From Azolla caroliniana (lineage: Eukaryota; Plantae; Polypodiophyta), in NCBI GenBank assembly GCA_043228905.1, contig JBHGNT010000070.1, positions 62,498 through 126,497 on the forward strand: a stretch of 64,000 nucleotides of DNA, in the 5' to 3' direction. Shown here one piece after another: positions 37,201-49,500 of this stretch. The notes beneath the pieces are model-generated. The model saw only the letters and a program-made list of their open reading frames with translations. It was not told where the DNA came from and ran no database searches. The stretch's first letter is position 1; each line of letters opens with the position of its first letter. Position numbers and translations under genes: made by a program.

Positions 37201-40200
37201 TGCGCATGGATTTGTGATATATAATGGCTTGTCACAATGGCCTAGATCAGATGCTTTGACATGTTGGAACCCAAAAGGGGGTGCAAGCACAGTTGATTAT
37301 CTAATGGGATCTCCATTTCTTATACCTGAAATAAAAGTGTTCACTATATCGGGAAGACCAATTGGCTTGGCAGCTGATCATGCATATCTACGCTTTGAGG
37401 TAAAGGATGGATGCACAAAGGATGTATATGCTAAGGAGAGTGGGCTGGCTGAGTATCTATTCACTCGCGAGACAATTGATGTGTATAGTTGTGGTGTATA
37501 CAATGGCATGCTAGATTTGGATCCTTTCGCACCCCTTGAAGAACTTACCCAAGGTTTATCCAAATCATTGCATAAAGCAGCCACAAATGCCTTCCTTCAC
37601 ACAACGGCCAATTCCCCCAAACTCGGTAGCGTAATACAAAATAGTTGGTATGATGAGGAATGTCGTGATACAAGGAGATGCTTGCAACGTGATGTAACTC
37701 AGGGCATTTATACACAACCACGCAAGTGCAACCTTCCAACGCCTCGTGAGGAAGAAGAAGAGATTGTATTTGGCTAAATTTGAAGATCATTTGTATTACT
37801 TGTTTCTAGGACAAGAGCGTAAAAGAGCATGGAAAATGTTTAATGAGAGGCAACCCACCACACAACTGACCTCACCTCAAGTGTGGCAGGAATATGCAAA
37901 GGTTCTATATGATATCCCGGGGCAACCTCCTCTACCCCACCCGAATGCCTCACGCCCACATGAATCAACCTTCTTTACACCACAAAATGTAAGAAATGTC
38001 ATTGATCGGCTACAATTTGGGAAGGCCCAAGATCATGATGGATTGGTGGGTGAGCACTTTATCTATGCCTATGACACCTTGCTCCCATTGCTAGCACACA
38101 TCTTTAATAGAGCCATGTGTGAAGGTTTTCCTACTAGATGGACTCAACATACCATTGTGACAATTCTCAAGAGTGGAGACCCCATGATGCCAAGCAACTA
38201 TAGGACAATCATGATTGGCCATTACTTGGCTAAACTATATAGCTCAATTCTAGAATCAGAATTGAGTATATGGGCAGAGCAAAATGGCTGCCGTTCAATT
38301 GGACAAGCAGGCTTTCGAAAGGGTTTCACAACTTTGGATCACATTATTGAGGAGGGCAAAGCCCACAATAAGAGGATTTATTGCTGCTTTGTGGATTTCC
38401 GAAAAGCCTTTGACATTGTCCCACATGCTCAGCTTTTGCAGCGGCTAGAAGCCCTTGGTGTTCCTATAGATATGCAATGGGGAATCTATGCACTCTATGA
38501 ATCTATGTCAGGAAAAGTGCGGTCTTCTAAGGGCTTGTCAAAGGCAGTGGCTAGCCCAATTGGCGTGAAGCAAGGATGCCCACTATCCCCCACACTCTTC
38601 GGTATCTATATAGATGAGGTATCACAATATATAGAGAGATTTGGGGGTTCCGGAGCACACCTAGCAGGTATAGCTATACAAATATTACTATATGCTGATG
38701 ATATTGTGCTGATTTCTGACTCTCCGGAGGGACTACAAAGACATCTAAATGCCTTAAAACTATTTTGTACGGACAAAGGTTTGTCAATCAACATGAATAA
38801 AACTAAAGTGATGGTGTTTAACACCACCCAAGCATGGGTAACAAGATCAAAACCAGAATTCTTCTTGGGAGAGGAAAAGGTGGAATACACACGCTCCTAC
38901 ATATACCTAGAAGTAACATTTATAGGACCTAGGTTCTCCTTACAGGAGGCCGCTTGTGCCCGACTTTCTCGTGCATATGCAACCCTTGCTGCTCTCGAGA
39001 GACAATGTGCACATTTGCAGTTCCAAGAGCCACGGACTAAGCTATGGTTATTTGATACACTTGTCACACCAACTCTTCTCTATGGAGTAGAGACATGGGG
39101 ACCGAGTCTTAACAAGGCAAATCATTGGAAAGATTTAGAGAGACCTTTAGTGTCAATGATTGCTCGCATGATAAGGAGCAAAGCATCGGTGCCCCACGAT
39201 ATAATCCGGGCATAGATGGGAGCAGCACCTATAATAACAGAGGCGTTGTTCCGATTAGTGACATTTATCCAACATTTTTGGGAGCTCCCTAAACGAAGGT
39301 ACCCAAGGTTGGCACTTATGTCATCAAAACAACTGGCTGAAAATGGAGACACTCATTGTTGGTATGCTTAAATGCAGCAATGGTTCGAGTCACATGGCAT
39401 GAGTATAAATGCACTACCCCCGTTCCAATATAGCTTGGACTGTCCCCATCTAAATATGACCAAAGTGGAAAAGAATAGAGTGATCCGAACTGATATTATT
39501 AACTTGGAAAACAAGACAACATGGATCAGCCCCAAAATACCACTTGGTACAAAGATGGCCCACTATAAGACACACTTCTTACATACATCGGAGGATGGAT
39601 TTGTCATCAGGCCACCTTATATGGACATACATCTATCCTATGCGCTGCGTAGTGTGATAGGGCAGCTGCGAACTTCATCACATCAGCTACAGATTGAGGT
39701 AGGCCAGATATACACGACTACCTCTAGAAGAGAGAATTTTCCAATTGTGTCATCAAGGAGTGGAATCTGAAGAACACTATGTTTGTCATTGTAGTGTCTT
39801 TTATGAAATCAAAGGGAGATACCATTGCCTCTTTAAACAAGGCTTTGGCCCACTACGCAAGGTAATGGAATATGAGGACCAACGATGCCTAGGGCTTTTC
39901 TTGCTAGAGCTCAAGAGACATCGGGAAAAGTTGTTGAAGAATACAGCCACACAAGCTCATCCACAAAGAACAATCACAACTTTCTTTATCCCCATCACTC
40001 CTAATGCTAGAAGTCAACCCTAGGATACACAATGGACTTCAGACCAAGACATAACAAAGGGGTTACAATTGATCGGGCAATGGCAATTTGCCGTGCACGT
40101 AGGCCTCGGCCCCATGGACCACAACCTCAACACCCTTGTCATCGACAAATAAAAGCCATTATCTCCCGCCATTGTAGGTGCTTCCCTCGCTTCGGAGACA

Positions 40201-40454
40201 TTTCCATTCTGGATTGACCTATGCTAGAGATCTTTCGAAGACAAAAGCTACAATATACCTAACTTGAGGATCTCACATGTGCCAAAAACTAGATTCCCTC
40301 ATTATTTTTCTTTTCATGTTATTTACTTTTATATTTACTGTGTGATATTTATTTTATTTTGATTTGTTCTCAAAGGCGAGACAATACTTAAGATGTAATC
40401 TCTTATTTGGTCTTATAGGCCATTTTGGCCTCTTAAAAGACGTTAATATATCGT

Positions 40455-40485
<31 letters not shown>

Positions 40486-43400
40486 CTCTCTCTCACACAC
40501 ACATATCTCTTCTGCTGCACAGAATCACTCCCTATTCTTTACATGGTATCAGCGCTCTTCCTACCGAGAAACTCGACAGAAACAACTTCGCATCTTGGGA
40601 GTACAAGATGCACCAATACCTTGTCGGTCAAGGCTATTGGAGCTATGTCGAGGGAACACAAGAAAATCAACCCAACCCGGCACATGCCAACCACCCACCC
40701 AGCTTGGGAGCAAGCGGCGAGTCGCGTGCAGTATTGCCTTGCATCATGCATTCATGATCACATGATTGGCTACACCCATGAGGCCAAAACGCCAAAAGAG
40801 GCGTGGGGGAACCTCAAAAAGATATTCGCGGCCAACACAACCGCACGAAAGCTTCAACTTCGCCAAGAGTTGAACAGCATACAATAGAGGGATATGTCAA
40901 TTGGCAACTACACCGTCAAGATCAAGGAGTTGTGCAACTCCCTCGGGTCGATCAATGTCAACATTGACGACGACGAAATGGTGCAGATATGCCTCGAAGG
41001 CCTAGCACCTTAGTTCGGCACCATACGGTCGGCAATCCTTGCGAGGGAGAATCCTCCCTCCTTCAACCTCCAGTTGCACGAAAGCTTCAACTTCGCCAAG
41101 AGTTTAACAGCATACAATAGAGGGATATGTCAATTGGCAACTACACCGTCAAGATCAAGGAGTTGTGCAACTCCCTCGGGTCGATCAATGTCAACATTGA
41201 CGACGACGAAATGGTGCAGATATGCCTCGAAGGCCTAGCACCTTAGTTCGGCACCATACGGTCGGCAATCCTTGCGAGGGAGAATCCTCCCTCCTTCAAC
41301 CTCCAGTCGATGCTACTGATCGAAGAAAACCACGTCCGAACAAGAGGCAACGAATCAGACAAACAAATGCTCTATGTGAGTTTGGACGGAGGAAGAGAGC
41401 AAGGCCATGGAAGAAGGGACCAATCCGGCCGAGGCTGAAACAACCAAAGGCAATCCCATGAGCACAACTTCTTCTGCCGGCAAGACGTTGCAAACACGCG
41501 AGGCCGAGTGTCTGGTAGAAGGGGGAGCAATCATGCCGGACCTAGCCTTCAAAACAACTCCGCCCAGTGTGGATACTGTGGCAAATTTGGCCACTACGAG
41601 GCAGAGTGTCGAAGGAAGAAGGGTGAGTCGGCCTCCATAAGCCGACAACTCACCAACTATGCCTCAAACTCCGACTACGACGATCGTGGCAGAATAATAC
41701 AACAACACAAGCTCATCCACAAAGAATAATCAAAACTTTCTTTAGCCCCATCACTCCTAATGCTACAAGTCAATCAAGGGATACACAAATGGGCTCCCGA
41801 CCAAGACATAACAAAGGGGTTACAATAGATCAGGCAATAGCAAATTGTCGTGCACGTAGGCCCCAACCCCATGGACCACAACGTCAGAGATGAGACAACA
41901 CTTAAGATCTAATCTCTTGATTGGTCTTATAGGCCATTTTGGCCTCTTAAAAGACGTTAATATATCTTTCTTTCATCCAGGCATGCATGGATACATGATC
42001 TAGGTAGGGTCTAAGAAAGCAACTATAAAAAAATAGGAACTCACATGGGTCATGAATTTTGAGATATCATGCATGCCAATTGCCTTAATGGCAAAGTATG
42101 CTAATTTGAACATAATAATAACACCTGAAGATACTGAGGATGCCAAGTCACACCTACCTAAGTTTCTCTAATATAAGCTTGTGAAAGGAACTTCCTATCT
42201 ATACCACTTGACAATAGAAGATCGTTTGAGTGCGTCAGACTTGCATGTTGCATTGGAGATATCTCACATCAAAAGTTGGCTGACGTAATACAAACTTTGT
42301 TTTATGCTGCCAATAGACCTTCAAGGTGTGTATAGACCCACAAAATGGATGGTATTTATAATAAATACATGGGGATACAAACACATCCTCCAGAAATAGA
42401 GATATTAAAAACTTGCCTGTATGATAAGCTCTTGGACAAGCATCACAAAGAACAAGATCTCCTCCATCCCCACATTCTGCACAATCATCATCATTCTCTC
42501 TAGTAATCTTATCACTGGATTCTTCTTGTCTCTTAGCTTCAAGCGATTGAGCAAACATGTGAAGAGACTGCCCATCCGATAGATAAATACTTGAATACCT
42601 GCATATATTGAAAGAAAGAATGTTAGGCTATTTGATCTAGATATGGGATTCTTGATGATAGAGTTTTACGAGGGACTTACGGATTCCTACGTGAACCCCA
42701 CCCTGCATGAGCCTCAAACAAGGAACAGCTAATCTGCCACATGAGATTAAAACAAGAGATTTTAAGTTCAAATGAAGAAAAGATGAGTTGTTGCAAGGTA
42801 TCAAAACTCAAAAGTTCTCATACCACTTCATTGCAACAACCACAGCAGATGCCAGAACCTTCTTTTGTACCAGTCAAAATACGCTACAGAAATAGATATC
42901 GGGTAAGAAAATGTACGTCCAGCAAAAATTTATATGGAACAAGAATCCATGAGTGTTTGAATCAAACCTGTCCTTTAAAGTAGTAAGCAACTTCAGTGCC
43001 ATCTGCTAAACCTCCCGGCAAGAAAAGCATTTTATGAAGGTTCATTTCTCTAAAAATGATCAAACAAGAACGTGTCTAAATTTGTCACTAGCACACCACA
43101 TAAAAACATTATGACAAACAATAGGTACCTTGTTTGAGATGTAGGGGGCGTTGGGACAGCCTTTGATAGATGAACATCAGCCCGACGTTTGCTTGTAGCT
43201 AATGATAATGGTGGAAAAAATGAGTTTTTAGAAAAGTTTGATCCAAAATCACCACCGTGTAAAATAAACAGCAAGGTAAAGAACATGCTCCTGATCAAGA
43301 CCTGAGCTCATAGAGTGATTTTTCCTAGCACTCTCTGTCTCATCAAGATGGAGAGAGCGTCTCAATTGTCCTTGAGAAATAACCATCTGATCTAGACCCA

Positions 43401-45983
43401 TTTGAGAAGGAGAGGATGTCTGAACAACCTTTGAAGAATGAGCATCTGAACGACGCTTGCTTGCACCTGATAATAACGAGTGACAAAAAAAGTTTTAGAC
43501 ACACTCAATTCAAAATCATCAAATATAAAATAACAGCACAGTAAAGAGCATCTTCTGTATAAAAACCTGTGCTCATGGACTGATTTTTCCTGGCACTCTC
43601 ATCAATAACTTTGGAAACTTTTTTAGAAGACTTTACTTCAGTTTTCATGCCACTTCTCAGAATGTCAGATAATGACATGCCGTTGTCTATGAAAATATTC
43701 TCACTTGGATGTCTCGCAGTACTCCCAGCATGCCTCTCAAAGAGAGACACATTCACCATCTTCAAACATTGATGGGGACCACATACACAAGGTTAAAATA
43801 AAAATAGACATGAATACAAATAGATTTCCATGATAAAGTCAGGTTCTTACAGATTCTCCTTTACAACATTTGCAATTGCACAGAATTCCACCATTTTTTA
43901 CAATTCCGGTAAGTTTAACCTAGTGAAATTGATAAGGGAAGTTGGGATAAGTTCAAAACCAAGAATGCATCTTATCATACCAATTTTTCATTCTACTTAC
44001 TCCACCACACTTGTCTTTATATGAGACCTGGCACCCTTCAAGTACACCAGACAACAAAAGCGCCTTGGCAGTACTGGGCACCTCAGTTAGTGTGCCTGCT
44101 TTAGCAACATTTTGGTTGGGAGTGATTGGTACAACAGTTTCTCCTTTATTAGGCGTTTCTGATTCTATCACTGGGTGTAGACAGGGGCTTCCATGATCCA
44201 TCAGCTGCTTATCATCGTATGCACATCTCTCTGTTATATAGTCGGGTGATGCTGGGCAGCTAGAATTAGTCATTGGATGCAGGCAAGGACTTTCATGATC
44301 CATTTCTATCTTCCTCAATGAATCTACTCCTTCGCTGTAAAGGTCTCTAGAAGAATCTGAGGATGTTTGCTGCAGGCACTGGCCTTCCCACTGCAAACTA
44401 GGACTTCCATGGAATTCTTCATGCTTGCTGTGCAATGGAATTCCATTGGAACATCCAAGGTCTCCATCCGTATGGACATCGGCATGTAGCGTCCATTCAG
44501 AGGTTGAATATTTGGAAATTCCTTTGTGACCTTTATACATGTCATAAGATTCCGGACTTTCCGATTCAAACATAACCATTTGAGGATCAAGAATTTGCTC
44601 AACCCGAGATGAGGGAGTGCATACAGTCGAATACATGTCACTCTCGTGCTCTTCTTGAGCATCCTTCTCATTAACCTCCCCACTGTTATAATCAATATCT
44701 CCATCACTGTACTCTTCTCGTTCATCACTAAAATCAGCATCATGGCCTCGATTGGGTGGCTCAGATGATAAAGGGTACATAGTGGAATACATGTCACTAT
44801 CATGATCTTCAATGTAGACCTGCTCATTGACATGGTCTACGTTTTGATCCATTTCATCATGATCACCATCACTATCCTCTTCCAATTCATCTTCAAGGCC
44901 AGTTATATCCCCATTTATTAATCTCTGAAAAGAAAACCCACCCAGGGGGGGACCCATACCAGCCATTTCTTGTACACCAACCCACATTGGATGCACACTA
45001 CCCAACTGTGGAAGATCACTGTGTGGCATCCCTGCACTATCTTTCCTGTATTTTTCTCCTTCAAGCTGAACAAGGTGATTATCGATTACCTTCGTATTAT
45101 TTGGATAAGGATAGGTTTCATTATCTGATACAGTTTTCATATCGACTTTATTGGCATGCATATTCCTTTCTACAGGTTGTGGTTGCATACTATGTGCAGT
45201 GTCATTAGAGGCTGGATGTGGAAGACCTGATGCACTATGTGGTGTGGGATATACTGGAATAAAATCATGAGACAAATATTTCTTCTCAATGAAACGAGGA
45301 TCATGGATATCCACAATGCCTATAGATGAATCTCTTAACATATGAGCATTTGTAGAAGAGAGCTGATTCCCACATGATAGTGGAGGAACTCTATATCCGG
45401 TTGCAAAAGAGTTATGCAAATGGGTGGGCTGTACAGTAACGTTAGGCTTCAGATAGGAACCAGTTCCTCGATCATCTTGATCTTCACAATGAGCTTCTTT
45501 CATACGACAACCTACCTGAAAATCCAGTCTAGGATCAACCCAAACGTTATCAACCATGCTCCTTCTATCCTTTTGCATTCTTTCATCAAATGGTTTTGGC
45601 AGTTGGGCTTCGTATAAAGAGTTTGTATACCCCTTATGAGGGGTATGACTAGCAAAGTTATCAACACAATCCTGTTCCTTAGAATAAACTAGGTGAGGAT
45701 CCCAAACATCCTGGTGCGTGTTTCTTCTATCTTTTCGCAATCTTTCATCTAAAGGTCTTGATAAGGGGGTTTCATATACATTGCCCGTATATCTCTTACA
45801 AAGGGGCTTTGTCTCACCTTCATCAGGCAACATAGATTCGATCCTTATATTGGATATGACCTTTTTTGGGGGAGGTTCTGCTTCAAAGTCCACAGCATTC
45901 CTTTTGAGCAGTGAAGATATTTTACCCTGTTCAACAGAGAATTGCAAAGCTTCCAATCCATTACATCCATTCTTTGCTGCCAT
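34257..45983 (-). CDS. IDM1-like acyl-CoA N-acyltransferase with two Tify-domain-binding domains and two PHD fingers (18 coding exons)
   Basis: Exons approx. 45983-44001, 43919-43851, 43759-43567, 43466-43302, 43198-43129, 43049-42968, 42883-42824, 42733-42681, 42598-42417, 36792-36594, 36504-36447, 36354-36298, 36179-35928, 35843-35779, 35570-35514, 35418-35325, 34610-34467, 34346-34257. Motifs: FERHAGS, FEAHAGWGSRRNP, DDDCAECGDGGDLVLCDACPRAYH, CDQCEREYHVGC, AELPLVAT, LLPAAEEAESIWINKFGF. Confidence 0.93.
36985..40482 (+). mobile_element. Intronic RTE-X-like LINE (partial APE, RT, Cys-rich C-terminus), disrupted
   Basis: APE motifs IILLGDFNA, STVDY and ADH; RT motifs FVDFRKAFD, QGCPLSPTLF and YADD; CHQGVESEEHYVCHC. 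Frameshifts and stops are present. The 3' end reads AGGCCATTTTGGCCT..GACGTTAATATATC followed by (TTTC)n. Confidence 0.93.
40483..41690 (+). mobile_element. Copia fragment: end of 5' LTR, PBS and disrupted gag
   Basis: (TC)n(AC)n...TTCTTTACA is followed by TGGTATCAGCGC (tRNA-iMet PBS). Gag reads AKTPKEAWGNLKKIFAANTTARKLQLRQEL with zinc knuckle CGYCGKFGHYEAEC. A 233-bp tandem duplication starts at 40843 and 41076. Confidence 0.9.
41691..41975 (+). mobile_element. Short 3'-terminal fragment of the same LINE subfamily with an internal deletion
   Basis: Aligns to about 39938-40125 and then jumps to about 40376-40460. It ends with the same hairpin and TCTTTCTTTC. Confidence 0.9.
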
Positions 45984-46512
45984 ATCCTCCAGTTCCCATG
46001 ATTACAAGACCATTCCCACAAGAGAGCTTATCAACAAATCAAACTCTTGTTTTCTGGTTCTTAACTTCTTGTTCCTTTTTCTACTCCGATTCCGTTTTTT
46101 TCTTTACAGAGGGAGTACTCTGATTAAAATAGAACAAAAGAAATTCCCAGCTGAATAAGGAGTGAGGGCAAAAAAATCACCTTGATTAGTTGGGTCTTCT
46201 TTATTATGCTGGAGAAAGGGGGGTTGAATTTCTTTTCAAAATCTTAGATCCTTCTGAATGAGATACACACAGAGACGGAGAGAAACAGAGAGGAGATGAA
46301 AGGGTCTTAAATCTCCTCGAAAACGAAAACCCATATCCTTGAGCTAATGAGATGGGCCAAACTCGTCTCAATCTTGCAGAGGGATGCTAAAGAAGGAGAA
46401 GAAGAAGAAGAGAGACAGACAGACAAGACAGACTTCAGTCAGAGTTTGATACCAATTTCCCTCTCCATTTGAACTTCTTTTTAGGAGGAAGGAGTAAGAG
46501 GGCACACACACA

Positions 46513-49500
46513 TTTGAGGGGTATTTTAAGGAATTTCAATTAGTAAAAGTATCTGCTATGAGAGTGAGAGGTTTGAGGTTTGCGGGGTATTTTAGGGAAT
46601 TTCAATTAGTAAAAGTATCTACTACGAGAGTGAGAGGTTTGCGGGGTATTTTAGGGAATTTCAATTAGTGTAAAAGTATCTACTATGAGAGTGAGAGGTT
46701 TGAGGTTTGAGGGGTATTTTTGGGAATTTCAATTAGTAAAAGTATCTACTATGAGTGAGAGGTTTGCAGGGTATTTTAGGGAATTTCAATTAGTGTAAAA
46801 GTATCTGCTATGAGAGTGAGAGGTTTGAGGTTTGAGGGGTATTTTAGGGAATTTCAATTAGTGTAAAAGTATCTACTATGAGAGTGAGAGGTTTGAGGTT
46901 TGAGGGGTATTTTAGGGAATTTCAATTAGTAAAAGTATCTGCTACGAGAGTGAGAGGTTTGAGGGGTATTTTAGGGAATTTCAATTAGTAAAAGTATCTG
47001 CTACGAGAGTGAGAGGTTTGAGGTTTGAGGGGTATTTTAGGGAATTTCAATTAGGAAAAGTATCTGTTATGAGAGTGACAGGTTTGAGGTTTGAGGGGTA
47101 TTTTAGGGAATTTCAATTAGGAAAAGTATCTGCTATGAGAGTGATGTTAGAAACAACAAAACAGTTTCAAAGCAACTACTTTTAGTTGTCACATTAACTC
47201 TACACCACATCTAGATTAGTTACTATTATTAACTATTATTGTTTTCCTTTTATTAGTAATTGTATTTTTAAACACATCCAACATTCCCTCCACTTTCTCT
47301 ATTATATAAAGAGGAAACCAGGAACGTTAGAGTGTGGTATTTTTATGCTCTAGTTGTTGTAGCAATTAACTCTTGTAGTTGTATTCCAGCTTGTTATCCC
47401 ACCTTATTATCTATTACATAGCAATTTCAATTCTCCTCATTTTCTGTTCATGTATCTCTCATTTCCTTACATGGTATCAGAGCATTAGTAGTACGAAGCC
47501 TGAAAATATACCCCCCACTCCATACTCTACTTCTAAAAAAAAAAGAGAAAACGAGACAACAACCTTAGCATTATGGCAAGATCCACTCAAGCAAGAAAAT
47601 ACTTGGTAGATAAACTTAACGCAAAGAACTACAGATTTTGGAAACCAAGGATGGAGCTACTACTGGACTTGGAGGAGCTACTTGAAGTCACCACAAGAAC
47701 CTATCAAGCACCAAAAGGCACACAATCAGAAGCATGGAAAGAATGGAAAAACAAAGATAAACGGGCAAAACTTGAAATACTGCTACATGTAGAAGACAGG
47801 CAGGCTGATGCCATTCAAAAACTCACAACTGCGGCAAAAATGTGGTCCAAACAAAAACAAATGTTTGAACCACAAGATGGTACAACTAGAATCCATACTC
47901 TTGCTACCCTGTTTCACACGTGTGTTTTGCAGGAAGAAGAAGATCTTCTTGCCTTCTTGGATACCTGGGAGACATATCTCGAAGAAGCCACCACTGTCGG
48001 AAATGAAATCTCAGAAGAAATGAAGATTGGGCTCTTATTGAGTAAACTTCCAAAATCTTGGAATACTTTTATTGTTATGAATAGTCAAGGTAACTCCTTA
48101 TCTAATTTGATTACAAAAGTTCATCATGAAAATCTACGACGACAACTTAAAATTTCTACTCCATTAATGGCAATGACTGCTACAGGCATCAAACCACAAA
48201 AATTGTCATATAACAATCGCTACAAGTCTAGATCTGACAATTACAAATACACTGGAAAGGGAAATGAATCACAGAGAACTTCATCAAAACATCCTGGTGG
48301 AGGCTTGAAACTAGTCTGCAAATATTGCAAAAGAGAAGGCCACACCGAGAGGGTATGTTGATTCAAGCAATATGCGGAAAATAAGAAACAACCACAAGCC
48401 AACAATGTCATTTTAGAGAATAAATCTGATGATAAATCAGAATGCTATTCAGAATCAGGAGGTGATTACGATGACATGCTAGAAGAAGGAAACATTATTC
48501 AAGCATACCACGCCACTACAGAAGAATTGAAAATAGATTATGACACATGGTACCTGGATACTGGTGCCACACACCATCTCACATGTCGAAGAGATTGGCT
48601 AGAAGATTATCAAGTTCTCTCCAATCAGTTGCAGGTAATCTTTGGTGATAAAGGAAATAAATTTGCAATCGGTAAAGGTACAATTAAAATCAAACTTTCA
48701 AAAGATCATTAAATTAATGTTCATAATGTGTATTATGTGCCTGGATTGGCAAAACATCTATTATCAGTCGGACAAGCTACAATAGATGGACTTACAATTC
48801 AGTTTTGCAGAGATAAAGTAATTCTACAATTTCAAAATGGTAGCTCATTCATTCAAATGGTTTGTCCTAAAGAACAACATTTGTATCCAGTCCATAATCA
48901 ATCAGCATATGCATTAGTTGCACCTGTGCAAACAAAGAAACAATTAGTGCACTCAGCTACATATTTATGGCATTGTCGTTTTGGTCACATGAATTTTTCA
49001 GCACTTCAACAATGTCAACAACTAAAAAGAATGAAAGGACTACCAAAAAAAGGCCTCAAAGCTATTTCTATATGTGAAAGTTGCTTGTTCGGAAAGATGT
49101 CCCATCAACCATTTGCCAAAAGCAAGAATGTTACAAAATTCCCACTTCAACTTGTTCATACAGACCTGTGTGGGCCATTTCCTGTATTGTCTCTCTCTAG
49201 AGCAAGGTATTTCATTTCATTTATTGATAATACTACCAGATTCACAGTAGTCAGCTTCTTAAAACATAAAAGTGAGGCATTTGCAACATTATGTAAATAC
49301 AAACAGCTTGCAAAAAATCAAACATCAAGAACAATTAAAAAGGTGAGAAGTGATAATGGTGGAGAATATGTATCCCAAGAATGGGAGAATTTTTTCGACA
49401 ACAATGGAATAATTCATCAAAAAACATTACCCTACACTCCACAACAGAATGGCATTGCTGAAAGAAAGAACAGAATGTTGTTAAATGTTGCCCGTAGTTT

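Noticed and set aside
46513-47144. Regularly spaced repeats resembling a CRISPR array
   Set aside because: Units are contiguous with no unique spacers, there are no cas genes, and the context is eukaryotic. It is a minisatellite.
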